Shown piece by piece: positions 19,646-29,084 of a stretch of DNA of 64,000 bases. Within the stretch, counting starts at the first letter, position 1, and every line of letters begins with the position of its first letter. The stretch comes from an uncultured delta proteobacterium (GTDB taxonomy: Bacteria > Myxococcota_A > Polyangia > Polyangiales > Polyangiaceae): NCBI GenBank assembly GCA_963716725.1, contig CAVQUB010000011.1:64001-128000 (forward strand). The letters run 5' to 3'. Both the position numbers and the translations under genes were made by a program. The notes beneath the pieces were generated by a model. It ran no database searches. It was given only the letters and a program-made list of their open reading frames with translations, and was not told the DNA's origin.

Positions 19646-21265
19646 CTAGCCCCCGCCACAGTAGTGGCCGCCGACCTTGCCGAGCCACTGGCCCAGGTCG
19701 CCGCTCCACTCGCAAAAGCCTGCGGGGCCGGAGAGCGCCGCCTGCGCGCAGTAGTAACCGTTGACGTAGTCGCGACACGCACCACCCTGCGCGAAGAGCC
19801 CCTCCCGACACTGCTCGTCTTTGGTGGAGGGGCACTGGTTGCACGAGGTGCCGGAGCAGTCCACCGCGCAGGTGAGCGAGTGATTGCAAGAAGGCGTCAG
19901 GTAGGGCGCCAGGCAGCGCACGTAAGCCGCGTCCGTCGCGAATTGGATCAGGCAGTCGTAGCAGCCCGGGTCGCTGCCGAGGAGCTTCTGGAACGCGGGC
20001 CCGCAGTTTGGGTTCTCGCCCGGTCCCTTGCAGGCCGCGGCAACGGTAGCGAGCTCCGGAGCGCTGCAGGCCTTGTAGGACGCCGGCGGCGGCGTCACCG
20101 AGTTCGGCGCGCACCCCGCGTAGGCAGCCGGGCACACGCTGCCGGTGCCACAGACCTGCCCGCTGCACTGCTGACCCTTGGAGCCGCAGTTGTCACAAAG
20201 CCCGCCGTACTGCCCGCAGAATTGGTTGGTAGCTCCGTTGCGACATTGGCCGGTCGCGTCGCAGCAGCCCGCGCAGTTGTCCGAGCCGCAGTGCGGCCCG
20301 TCGTAGCAAAAGCCTTGCGGTGCGCATTTGAGACCCGCAGCCGCGCAGTCCCAACACTTGGTCCCGCTCACTCCGCACTCGATGTTCGCGTTGCCGTCCT
20401 TGCACTGACCCTGCGCATCACAACACCCGCTCGGGCAGGTGAGCGCACCGCAGGTCGGGACGTAAGCGCAATAGCCACCGGGAACCGAACACTTCTTGGG
20501 GGCGACGCAGGCTTCGCAGGCCTTGCCAGCAGCGCCGCAGGTCCCGTTTTGGGTCCCGAGCAAACAAGTACCCGCCGGATCGCAACACCCTCCGCAGGTG
20601 CCGGGGCCGCACTTGGGTGGTGGCCCCTGGCACTTGCCGCCGCTGCATCCCTGCGCCTTTGCGAGACAGTTGTCGCACGCGCCGCCAGCCTGGCCGCAGG
20701 CGTCGGACTCGACGCCGTTTCGACAGGCGCCCTTGGCGTCACAGCACCCGCTGCAGTTGCTCGGGCCGCACTTCGGCGGAGTGCCCTGGCAACTGCCACC
20801 GACGCAACCGAAACCGACCTGCCCGCAGTCGAAGCACGCAACGCCAGTCTTGCCGCAGGCGTTGGTCTCGTCACCCTTGCGGCACAGCCCGGCCGCATCA
20901 CAGCACCCGTCGCAGGGCCCGCAGCCCGGCGTACCGCCGAAGCCACCGGTCCCGCCGCCGCCATCGCCGGAGACACCGCCATCGCCGGAGACACCGCCAT
21001 CGCCGGAGACACCGCCATCGCCGGAGACGCCGCCGATGCCGCCGCCGCCAAAGCCGCCGCCGCCAAAGCCGCCGCCGCCAAAGCCGCCGCCGCCGAAGCC
21101 GCCGCCCGTACCCCCAGTCCCTGCCGCACCATCTTGAAGCGGCGCGGTCTCGTCGATGTCGAGGGGGCTACGTCCGCAGCCGCTCGGGGCGACTGCGATC
21201 CCCATGCAGAGCACGACGGTGGTCGTCAGGACGCTCTCGAGGGTCAGCGTGTCACGACGCACCAT
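19646..21265 (-). CDS. Cys-rich repeat surface lipoprotein with a Gly-rich linker
   Basis: APSGC lipobox-like signal; (GGGGF)n and (VSGDGG)n linker; five ~50-aa repeats C..C.GCCD..G.C..G.....CG..G..C..C; Cys-rich C-terminal domain. Confidence 0.85.
   Translation of the reverse strand: MVRRDTLTLESVLTTTVVLCMGIAVAPSGCGRSPLDIDETAPLQDGAAGTGGTGGGFGGGGFGGGGFGGGGFGGGGIGGVSGDGGVSGDGGVSGDGGVSGDGGGGTGGFGGTPGCGPCDGCCDAAGLCRKGDETNACGKTGVACFDCGQVGFGCVGGSCQGTPPKCGPSNCSGCCDAKGACRNGVESDACGQAGGACDNCLAKAQGCSGGKCQGPPPKCGPGTCGGCCDPAGTCLLGTQNGTCGAAGKACEACVAPKKCSVPGGYCAYVPTCGALTCPSGCCDAQGQCKDGNANIECGVSGTKCWDCAAAGLKCAPQGFCYDGPHCGSDNCAGCCDATGQCRNGATNQFCGQYGGLCDNCGSKGQQCSGQVCGTGSVCPAAYAGCAPNSVTPPPASYKACSAPELATVAAACKGPGENPNCGPAFQKLLGSDPGCYDCLIQFATDAAYVRCLAPYLTPSCNHSLTCAVDCSGTSCNQCPSTKDEQCREGLFAQGGACRDYVNGYYCAQAALSGPAGFCEWSGDLGQWLGKVGGHYCGGG
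20958..21106. repeat. Two adjacent coding tandem repeats: 18 bp x4 and 15 bp x4
   Basis: CCGCCATCGCCGGAGACA x4 (20958-21029) and GCCGCCGCCGCCAAA x4 (21038-21097); the last copy of each has one mismatch. Confidence 0.95.
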
Positions 21266-21285
21266 GGCGCAAGTCTAGCGCAAGT

Positions 21286-23079
21286 TCACTGACCGAGCGC
21301 GACGCTCTTGAGCACCATCTCGAGGCCAGCTTGATCCGCTTCTGCGCGCAAAAATCCCGTTGTCCCCCGCTTGCCAAAACTCACCACCAGCGGCGAACTC
21401 GGCGCCAGCACCGTTCCGCCGCCGAGCCTGAGCGGCTGCACCAAGACGACGAAGGCCGCGTCTTTGACGCGCCCGAGCGCCTGACTGACCTTCGCGTCGC
21501 TCTTGTGAGTCGCCTTGGGCTCCGCTTCCGCCCCAAAGAGAGCGCCAAGGACTGGCACCGCGTCGAACGAAGCGGCTCCGAGCACACGACCGTTGGCGTG
21601 CGCCCACAACAGCTCGACGTTTTGCGTCTCCGTGCTGACCTTTCCGGTCTTGTCGCTGGCGGCTCGCATCGCCGTCGGCTTGAGCTGCACGAGCGCGCGC
21701 TGCGTGGTACCCGGGACTCCCGGCACTTGAGCGGTGCTTTGCTTGACGGTCATCTCCCCGGCGAACTGCCGCAGCGGTTCGGCGAGCGCCCGAACGGTGA
21801 GTAGCTTGAACAAGTCCTTCGCTCCCGCGTCGAAGCTCTTCGGATCGCTGACCAGCGCGCGATAGACGAGCCCGCCCTTGCCCTTGTCCAGGTACACGCC
21901 GTAGGTCTCCCAGTCGCCACGGCCCTCGGACAACTTCTCGAGTACGGCCTTGACCTTCTCGCGATCGGGCGCGGTCAAGCGATCGCCGAAGAGACCAGCG
22001 ACGCCTTCGTTCATGCTCTTGGCAGACGCCTGTCGAGTTGCAGCCGAGGTGCGGTTGAGCACCACGATGGGCGTCGACACCGGCAGGGCGGTGATCGGCT
22101 CGGCATCGCCGACGGCGAGCGCCGCGACGAGATCGGCCGCCGCGCCCTGCTCCTCCGCGTCGAGCTCGACGTTGACCTCCAGCCGATCTCCATGCGGCTC
22201 CACGACGATGCGCCCCGAAGCAGCGCTCTGAAGCAAGTTGATGAAACCGTCGATGGTGCCCGACAACCCTGCGAGCGCCGCTCGGGGATCACCGAAGTCG
22301 GGTGCCCGGCCGCCGTGCTTCTGGCGGTTGACGTCGTCGAGCTTGGACAGCTCCGCTTGCTTGCCCTTCCACGCCTCGCGGATCGCTTGCGCGACGGGTC
22401 CTGAGAGCGCCCTTTTTTCCAGCGAAACCAGCACGGGCACCTGCGGCGCGGGCTGCTTGGGCAGGGTTCGGGCTGCGTACGGCCCGGCCTGGGTGAGCGC
22501 CGACGCCTCGCGCCCCGCGAGCAGGTAGTTGCCCAGGACGCCGAGAGCAACACCCGTGGGAGCCTTGCCGGGTTTCGCTTCGAGCAGGGTGATTCCCGAC
22601 GCAGAGTCCTCGCGCGCGGAGTAGATCGCGTCGCCGCCAGCGCTCAGGCGCGTCACCAAGTCGCGTCCGCTGCGCACGTGGATGGCGATGGCAATCTCCA
22701 AGTTGCCCTTGTCGTCGGAGAGCGCCGCACCCGTCAGGGCCACGTCGGCGTCGATGGCGTCGGCCGCCGCCGCCGGCAGCCCGAGGAACGTGGACACCAG
22801 CAAGCCGAAGCTCTGCGGCAACAGCCGCGCCGGTCCGCCGCCCGTCTCTCGCAGCTTTGCCCAGGTCTCGCCGGGCTTGCCGACCGTGAGCGTCGCCGCG
22901 AGATTTGCGGGCTTGGGCACCGGCGACAGCTCGACGCTGACGGCCGCTGCATCCGCCGAGGGCTGGGGTTTGTCGTTGCACGCCGGGAGCGCGAGGCACA
23001 CCGCCGCGGTCGACACCAGCCACGCCAGCCGCCCGCGCCAGCGACCGTCAGAACGGGATGTCGTCGTCGCCGCCGCCAC
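21286..23079 (-). CDS. Hypothetical lipoprotein (~600 aa); start uncertain
   Basis: RWRGRLAWLVSTAAVCLALPAC signal and lipobox, then a long globular region. Usable starts (GTG 23079/23085, ATG 23100/23103) all lie inside the ssb 3' end. Confidence 0.75.
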   Translation of the reverse strand: MAAATTTSRSDGRWRGRLAWLVSTAAVCLALPACNDKPQPSADAAAVSVELSPVPKPANLAATLTVGKPGETWAKLRETGGGPARLLPQSFGLLVSTFLGLPAAAADAIDADVALTGAALSDDKGNLEIAIAIHVRSGRDLVTRLSAGGDAIYSAREDSASGITLLEAKPGKAPTGVALGVLGNYLLAGREASALTQAGPYAARTLPKQPAPQVPVLVSLEKRALSGPVAQAIREAWKGKQAELSKLDDVNRQKHGGRAPDFGDPRAALAGLSGTIDGFINLLQSAASGRIVVEPHGDRLEVNVELDAEEQGAAADLVAALAVGDAEPITALPVSTPIVVLNRTSAATRQASAKSMNEGVAGLFGDRLTAPDREKVKAVLEKLSEGRGDWETYGVYLDKGKGGLVYRALVSDPKSFDAGAKDLFKLLTVRALAEPLRQFAGEMTVKQSTAQVPGVPGTTQRALVQLKPTAMRAASDKTGKVSTETQNVELLWAHANGRVLGAASFDAVPVLGALFGAEAEPKATHKSDAKVSQALGRVKDAAFVVLVQPLRLGGGTVLAPSSPLVVSFGKRGTTGFLRAEADQAGLEMVLKSVALGQ

Positions 23080-23563
23080 CGCCACCGCCGTAGTCCGCAT
23101 CATCGTAGCCGCCGCTCGGCGCCGCCGGTGCTTGGTCATCGGCGGGACCATAGTCGTCCCGAGCGCCGCCGCCACCTCCGCCGCCGCCGCCCCCGCGACC
23201 GCCACCGCCGCCACCGCCGCCGCCGCCACCCCCGCTGCCAGCCAGGATGATGTTACTCGCGACGATTTCGGTGCGGTAACGCTTGTTGCCCTCGCGGTCG
23301 TCGTAGCTCGAGGTCCGCAAGCCGCCCTCGATGAACAGGCGGGATCCCTTGGTCAGGAACTTCCCGAGGGCCTCCGCGCGCTTTCCCCAGACCACGACGT
23401 TGTGCCACTCGGTCTTCTCTTGGCGCACCCGGTTCTTGTCGAGATAGGTTTCGCTGGTCGCGAGCCTCATCTTCAGAACGGACTGTCCTGTAGTGGTGAC
23501 CCGAAGCTCCGGATCGGCCCCGAGATTCCCGAGCAACAACACGCGGTTCAGACCTTCAGCCAT
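23048..23563 (-). CDS. ssb: Single-stranded DNA-binding protein
   Basis: LNRVLLLGNLGADPE, TEWHNVVVWG, Gly-rich linker, C-terminal DDDIPF. Confidence 0.98.
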   Translation of the reverse strand: MAEGLNRVLLLGNLGADPELRVTTTGQSVLKMRLATSETYLDKNRVRQEKTEWHNVVVWGKRAEALGKFLTKGSRLFIEGGLRTSSYDDREGNKRYRTEIVASNIILAGSGGGGGGGGGGGGRGGGGGGGGGGARDDYGPADDQAPAAPSGGYDDADYGGGGGGGDDDIPF

Positions 23564-23622
23564 CCGTCGGCACTCCTCGTCACCCCCGGCCTCGGGGATG
23601 TGTGTCCGACGGGTGTGGTCGT

Positions 23623-24036
23623 TCAGCCGGAAGGAGTCAAGCGCCGGGCGGACAGAAAACGCCCGTCCCCGCCCGCGTCGCGGTCTTCACCCAGCTCGGC
23701 GAGCATGGCGACGACGTCGCCGCGCAGGCCGATCAGCGTCTGGCGCACATTCGGTAACTCCGGCGCCGGGGTCGGCGGCGGCGCGGGCTCGTCGTTGGTG
23801 GAGCGGAGGCGTTTCCGCGCGCCAGCGATGGTGAAACCGTGAGAGTAGAGCAGGTCCTTGACCTTCAGCAGCTTCTCGACGTCGCGACGCGAGTAGACCC
23901 GCTGGCCCTTGGCGCTCTTGCTCGGCCGGATGGACCGGAACTCGGTCTCCCAGTACCGGAGTACGTGAGGCTCGACCCCCACGATCTCGGCGACTTCGCC
24001 GATCCGGTAGTAGAGCTTCACCGGAAGGTCGGCCAC
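23623..24036 (-). CDS. MerR-family transcriptional regulator (ihfA-associated type)
   Basis: KLYYRIGEVAEIVGVEPHVLRYWETEF...QRVYSRRD...GFTIAGA; sits directly after ihfA. Confidence 0.93.
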   Translation of the reverse strand: MADLPVKLYYRIGEVAEIVGVEPHVLRYWETEFRSIRPSKSAKGQRVYSRRDVEKLLKVKDLLYSHGFTIAGARKRLRSTNDEPAPPPTPAPELPNVRQTLIGLRGDVVAMLAELGEDRDAGGDGRFLSARRLTPSG

Positions 24037-24043
24037 CGGAGGC

Positions 24044-24376
24044 TCAGCCCTTCTCGGCTTCGGCTGAAGGCTGGGCCGCAGGCGAGTCTCCCGGGCGGTC
24101 GTCGTTCAGCGCTTGCTTGAGCAGCTGGCTGGCTTTGAAGTTCAGCACGCGACGCTCGGTGATCACGATGGGATCGCCGGTCTGCGGGTTTCTGCCCTGA
24201 CGCTGCCGCTTGTCACGCAGGACGAAGTTTCCGAAGCCCGAGATCTTGATCTTCTCGCCGCGCCCCAGCGTCTCTTTCATGGTCTCGAACACCAGGTCCA
24301 CCAGATCGGCGGACTCTTTCTTCGAGAAGCCCCCGAGGCGCGCGTACACGGTCTGGACGATGTCGGCCTTGGTCAT
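24044..24376 (-). CDS. ihfA: Integration host factor subunit alpha
   Basis: MTKADIV, KIKISGFGNF..RDK..RQGRNPQTG..I.ITERRVLNFKASQ. Confidence 0.92.
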   Translation of the reverse strand: MTKADIVQTVYARLGGFSKKESADLVDLVFETMKETLGRGEKIKISGFGNFVLRDKRQRQGRNPQTGDPIVITERRVLNFKASQLLKQALNDDRPGDSPAAQPSAEAEKG

Positions 24377-24535
24377 TGCCTTCCCCCTTCGTGTTCGTGC
24401 CCGGCTGGACAGAGCGCCCCGGCCAGGCCGAAGCACGGTCGTCAGGGTAGGGTCATCCTACAGTGGCCGAACGGAAAGTCCATGACAATCGCGAGGGTAA
24501 GCCCCCAGCCGCATCGCGCCCGAGGGCGCTCTCGA

Positions 24536-26050
24536 TCACGCAGCGCGGGACAGAACGGGCTGCTCCACGGCCTCTGCCGGTGGCTCGGACGCGCGCGCGA
24601 TGGTGGCGGCGCGGCGGCCTGCCACCTGCTCGGCGACCACCAGCCACGCCACGTAGGAATAGCCGACCATGAACAGCGAGGCGAAGGGCGCCGCGAACCA
24701 GTGTCGGGTCTCGATCGACGTCGCCACGCTGGCAGCGCTCAGGACGGCGAGCCCAATCTCGAGCCAGGGCAGCTCCGCATGCTGGCGGTAGCGCCCTGCG
24801 ATGATGCCCTTCTTGGGCGTGCGGACGAACTCGCCCGACATGCTTCGTAGTCCCTCGTAGACCGCCCGGGAGAGGTGCGGCGCGAGGCCGGCTCCCAGCG
24901 CGATGAGCAGCGGCAGGCGTCGCACCGCGTCCCACACCGAGCGACCCTGGGACCGCTCGGCGACGATGTAGAAGGTCGCCAGCGAGCCGGTAGCGCCGAA
25001 GCAGAGCGGGAGGTCGACGATCAGCATCATGCGTGGGTCCGTCGCCGGCATGAGGATCAACGCCGGCAGGAGCAGCACCGACAGCAGCACCATCAGCGGA
25101 TAGGCGAAGTGCGGGGTCAGGTGGAAGAACGCCTCGAGCCGCTGCGAGAAGCCCAGCTGCGACCTCATCACTCGGCCCAACAGCTTGCGGGCGGTCTGGA
25201 CCGTGCCCTTCGCCCAGCGGAACTGCTGGGCCCGGAAAGCCGACATGTCCTCGGGCAGCTCGGCTGGGGTGATCACGTCCGGCCGGTAGACGAAGCGCCA
25301 GCCCGCGAGCTGGGCGCGGTAGGACAGGTCCAGGTCTTCGGTGAGCGTGTCGTGCTGCCAGCCGCCGGCCGCGTGGATGGCGGCGCGGCGCCAGATCCCG
25401 CCCGTGCCGGAGAAGTTGAACATCAACCCGGCGCCGAATCGGGCGCGGTTCTCCACCAGGTGGTGGCCGTCGAGCATCAGGGCCTGGACGCTGGTGAGCA
25501 TGCTGTGGTCGCGGTTCATGTGCCCCCAGCGCGTCTGGACCATCCCGACCGTCGGGTCCAGGAAGTGCCCGGCGACATCGCGGAGGAAGTCCGGCTGCGG
25601 GATGAAGTCGGCGTCGAAGATCGCGATCAGCTCGCCCTTCGCTCGGTCGAGGCCGTAGTCGAGGGCACCCGCCTTGTAGCCGACGCGATCGGGCCGGCGG
25701 ATGTAGACCATGTCGATCCCACGGCGGCGGATCTCCGCGACCTTGGCCTCGGCGATGCTCCGCGTCTCGTCCGTCGAGTCATCGAGCACCTGGATCTCCA
25801 GCCGATCGTGCGGGTAGTCGAAGGTCGCCGCGGCCTCGAGCAACCGCGCCACCACCGTGGCCTCGTTGTAGAGGGGGAGTTGGACGGTGACCGACGGCAG
25901 ATCTGCGTCGGAGATCTCCGGTGTTTGAGCGGCCCGGGCCAGCGCCCGGCGGTTGCGGCCGACCAGCAGAACCAGGTGGGCGCGGTGAACGCCGTAGCCA
26001 CAGAGGAGGAGGAGAACGGCGAAGTAGAGAACGACGAGGGCAGTTTCCAT
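24536..26050 (-). CDS. Processive GT2 glycosyltransferase (cellulose synthase-like / CslA-like)
   Basis: QLPLYNE, DDSTD, YKAGAL, FDADF, TEDLD, QQFRW motifs plus N- and C-terminal TM helices. Confidence 0.92.
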   Translation of the reverse strand: METALVVLYFAVLLLLCGYGVHRAHLVLLVGRNRRALARAAQTPEISDADLPSVTVQLPLYNEATVVARLLEAAATFDYPHDRLEIQVLDDSTDETRSIAEAKVAEIRRRGIDMVYIRRPDRVGYKAGALDYGLDRAKGELIAIFDADFIPQPDFLRDVAGHFLDPTVGMVQTRWGHMNRDHSMLTSVQALMLDGHHLVENRARFGAGLMFNFSGTGGIWRRAAIHAAGGWQHDTLTEDLDLSYRAQLAGWRFVYRPDVITPAELPEDMSAFRAQQFRWAKGTVQTARKLLGRVMRSQLGFSQRLEAFFHLTPHFAYPLMVLLSVLLLPALILMPATDPRMMLIVDLPLCFGATGSLATFYIVAERSQGRSVWDAVRRLPLLIALGAGLAPHLSRAVYEGLRSMSGEFVRTPKKGIIAGRYRQHAELPWLEIGLAVLSAASVATSIETRHWFAAPFASLFMVGYSYVAWLVVAEQVAGRRAATIARASEPPAEAVEQPVLSRAA

Positions 26051-26056
26051 GCGTTA

Positions 26057-26119
26057 CCGGTGTTCAGGTAACACCGGCACCCGGCGCTGATCGTCACGAC
26101 AATGTAATTTGTTGCATTG
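26057..26119. promoter_or_regulatory. Two palindromes upstream of the GT2 gene (candidate operators)
   Basis: CCGGTGTT-N5-AACACCGG (26057-26077, perfect) and CAATGTAA-N4-TTGCATTG (26100-26119, 7/8) in an AT-rich spacer. Confidence 0.45.
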
Positions 26120-26144
26120 CGTTGTAGCGGCTTGTTTTACTCCG

Positions 26145-27521
26145 TCATTTCGAGGGCTTGTCGCTCCCGAACAGGATGTCTCCGCCGACGCCTAAGCTCA
26201 CGACGAAGTGGCCGGCGCGCTTGCCCTCGGCGTCGGAGCCGGGGTCCCAGGGCGTGGCGCTGCCGGTGGGACCCAGCGCCCCCGTGCAGGTACCATCCGC
26301 GCTGAAGTCGGTGACCTGCGCAAAGGCGACCCCGGCGTAGGGCGAGAGCTGCAGCCACGGCGTGAGCGGCACCTGGAGACCGCCGCTCAGGCGCACCGCG
26401 GTGCCATGCGCCTTCAGGGTCTGTGTGCAATCAGGGGTCGAATCCTGGTAGTTCACCTCGCGCTCGGCCGAGAACTGGTGCAGCGGCAAGAGATCGACCT
26501 CGGCGATGATCCCGAGCGTGCCCGGCGGCGGCGCGTACATGAAACCCACACCGGCGTTGGCGCCTGCCGGCGTGACCTGCACGACCGTACCCGACGGCCC
26601 CTTCTCGAACTCGGCGCCAGGCTGGTAGCTCTCAGCTCCCGCCATCAGGACCACGCTGTAGCGCTTGAAGACGCGCACCCCACCGCGCAGCTCCACCCCA
26701 CCCCCGGGGCCGAAATAATTCTTGATCGCGTAGCCCTCGGCGAGTTGGCCCGCCGGGATCGCCGCTCCCACGCGCAGACCGACGATGAAGCCGAAGTTGC
26801 CCTCGATCTCGGCCGGCGGCGCTCCGCCGGCGCCCGCTGCCTCGCCCCCAGCGCCGGTTGAGCCTCCCGCGCCCCCAGCGCCTCCTGCGCCGCCAGCCAC
26901 CGCCGAACCGTCGGCCTCGAGCGCGAGCGTGACCTTCTTCTTCTCGCCGGGCTTCAGCTCGATGGTCTGCTCGGCCGACTTGTAGCCCGGCGCGGACGCG
27001 GTGAGCTTGCGAGTTCCGGGGTTCACCGGTCGGTCCGCGCCGAGCGCGGCGCTGGACACCGCGACGTCGTCGACTTTGACCTCCAACCCCGCGATGCCGC
27101 CGGGCTCCACGCTGATGCGCAGGTTCGCGATCTTCGGCTCGACCTCTGGCAGCTCTTTCTGTGCATCGGCGACAGCGTCCTTGAAGACGCTGGGGGCGTT
27201 GTCGGGCAGCTGCGTGCGTACCAGCCTGCGATACGCCTCCGCCGACTCGACGAACTGCCCAAGCTGCGCGTGGCAGCGAGCCATGTAGATCAGATGCACG
27301 GGAGCGTCGTAGAGCTGTTGCGCTCGATCCAGCCGATCGAGGGACTCGGCGAACTTGCCGACCTTGAACAGCTCGATGCCCTCGGTCGCGAGCTTCCGCG
27401 CCGTGGCTTTGTCCGCGGCCGACTGGGCCGCGGCCGCGGGGACCGGCAGACCGCCGAGCCCGATGCCGCCAAACATGGCCCCAACGGTCGCGAGCACGAC
27501 GAGGCGTCGTAGTAAGCGCAT
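26145..27521 (-). CDS. Secreted TPR + PEGA-domain protein with a C-terminal beta-rich (barrel-like) domain
   Basis: Signal peptide; TPR helices; PVNPGTRKLTASAPGYKSAEQTIELKPGE (PEGA); Gly/Ala linker; alternating beta strands at the C-terminus. Confidence 0.82.
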   Translation of the reverse strand: MRLLRRLVVLATVGAMFGGIGLGGLPVPAAAAQSAADKATARKLATEGIELFKVGKFAESLDRLDRAQQLYDAPVHLIYMARCHAQLGQFVESAEAYRRLVRTQLPDNAPSVFKDAVADAQKELPEVEPKIANLRISVEPGGIAGLEVKVDDVAVSSAALGADRPVNPGTRKLTASAPGYKSAEQTIELKPGEKKKVTLALEADGSAVAGGAGGAGGAGGSTGAGGEAAGAGGAPPAEIEGNFGFIVGLRVGAAIPAGQLAEGYAIKNYFGPGGGVELRGGVRVFKRYSVVLMAGAESYQPGAEFEKGPSGTVVQVTPAGANAGVGFMYAPPPGTLGIIAEVDLLPLHQFSAEREVNYQDSTPDCTQTLKAHGTAVRLSGGLQVPLTPWLQLSPYAGVAFAQVTDFSADGTCTGALGPTGSATPWDPGSDAEGKRAGHFVVSLGVGGDILFGSDKPSK

Positions 27522-27568
27522 GCCTCTCCGTACGGCCGAACCGCAGCGTGGGTCAAGGATCGCGGGTC

Positions 27569-28969
27569 TCAGTAACCGGTGTCGACTCCGGTCGGCGGCT
27601 TCTTGCCCGTCGGCGGTTTCGTCCCCGTCGGCGGTTTCGTCCCCGTCGGCGGTTTCGTCCCCGTCGGCGCCTTTGGCGTTCCGGTCGCAGGCTTGGCAGC
27701 CGCCACCGGGGGTTCGGGCTCGTCCGAAGGATCGGCGCTGGCCGACGTCGGCGGCGCGACCGACGGCGCGACCGACGGCGCCGGCGGCGCCTCGGTGGGC
27801 TGGGTTGCTGCGCCCACCTCGAGTGGAGCGCTCACGGCGACGACCGGATCGACTGAAGCGCCGCCCCCGAAGCTCGCGCGAACCGCCAGCGCAACGCCGA
27901 CCCCGAGCACGACCACAAAACCGACGGCGAGGCCCGCCAGCAGCGCGATGGGGCTCTTCTTCTTCGGCGGCGCGGTCTGGGTGGTGAAGGGCGCCGCGGT
28001 CACGCCCTCCACGCGGAAGGGGGTCGTCTGCGGAGCTGTGGGCGCGGCCAGCGTCAGCGCGGACGGCAGCGCGGCCATCGACATCTGCGGAGGTCGAGCG
28101 CCCCCCGTCACCGCGTTCAACGCCTCGGTCATCTCGTTGGCGGTCTGGAAACGCTCGGCCGGGTCCTTGGCGAGCGCACGCGCGACCCAGGCATCGAAGG
28201 CCGGCGGCAGGCTCGGGACGTGCTGCGAGGGCACCGGCGCCGGCGCGATGCAGATCTGGACCAACAGATCGCCGACGGCCTCGCCCACGAAGGGCAGGCT
28301 GCCGACGACGCAGCGATACGCGATCACGGCCAGCGACCAGAGGTCGGAGCGCGTGTCGACGCTGCGAAGGCCGCGCGCCTGCTCAGGGCTCATGTAGTAC
28401 GGCGTGCCGAGGATCGAGCCCGTGCGCGTCGACGACGAGAGGCCGCCGGTGGCGTCGGTGAACTTCGCAATGCCGAAGTCCACTACCTTGGCCACCTCGG
28501 TGCCGTCTTCGTCGTCGTGCACGAGAAATACGTTCTCGGGCTTGAGGTCTCGATGCACGATGCCGACCTCGTGGGCCTTGTTGAGCGCGCGGGCGACCTG
28601 CTGCACGATCGACGCCGTCTCGGGCAACGAGATGCAGCCGACGCGATTGAGCCGCGCATCGAGGGGCTCCCCTGCCAGAAACTCCATCACGATGTAGGGA
28701 CGGCCGTCGCTCATCACGCCGTGGTCGTGGACCTTGACGACGTGCTTGCTCACCAGCTTGGCGGCAGCGCGCGCCTCGTTCTCGAAGCGGCTGCGAGCCT
28801 CGTGGCTGTCGACGTACTCCGTCTCGATGAACTTGACCGCGACGCGGGTGCCCAGAGAGTCGTGGATCCCCTCCCACACCGAGCCCATGCCGCCCTTTCC
28901 CAAGAGGCGCGTCAGCTTGTACTTGCCGCCAACCAGCTCGGTCACCGGCACGTCGATGGATTCGGTCAT
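27569..28969 (-). CDS. Membrane-anchored Hanks-type Ser/Thr protein kinase
   Basis: GKGGMG, VAVK, HRDLKPEN, DFG, GTPYYMSPE, DLWS; one TM helix; Pro/Thr-rich tail. Confidence 0.96.
   Translation of the reverse strand: MTESIDVPVTELVGGKYKLTRLLGKGGMGSVWEGIHDSLGTRVAVKFIETEYVDSHEARSRFENEARAAAKLVSKHVVKVHDHGVMSDGRPYIVMEFLAGEPLDARLNRVGCISLPETASIVQQVARALNKAHEVGIVHRDLKPENVFLVHDDEDGTEVAKVVDFGIAKFTDATGGLSSSTRTGSILGTPYYMSPEQARGLRSVDTRSDLWSLAVIAYRCVVGSLPFVGEAVGDLLVQICIAPAPVPSQHVPSLPPAFDAWVARALAKDPAERFQTANEMTEALNAVTGGARPPQMSMAALPSALTLAAPTAPQTTPFRVEGVTAAPFTTQTAPPKKKSPIALLAGLAVGFVVVLGVGVALAVRASFGGGASVDPVVAVSAPLEVGAATQPTEAPPAPSVAPSVAPPTSASADPSDEPEPPVAAAKPATGTPKAPTGTKPPTGTKPPTGTKPPTGKKPPTGVDTGY
27588..27669. 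repeat. 18-bp coding tandem repeat (TGTKPP)n at the kinase C-terminus
   Basis: CCCGTCGGCGGTTTCGTC x3 perfect (27606-27659) plus degenerate flanking copies. Confidence 0.93.
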
Positions 28970-29084
28970 TGCTCCGAGGCGACAGATTACCCGGCGACCA
29001 ACCCGGGCGCCAGGACTCGGCGCGATTCGCCGGAAAACGCCGGACACCTGCGACGCCGCGGCCGGGCTGGGGTATTCGCCCCGG

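Noticed and set aside
20958..27669. Short tandem repeats (20958-21106, the GCC run at ~23165-23235, 27588-27669) as CRISPR or phase-variation tracts
   Set aside because: No spacers and no cas genes. Unit lengths are multiples of three inside low-complexity protein linkers, so they cannot switch frame.
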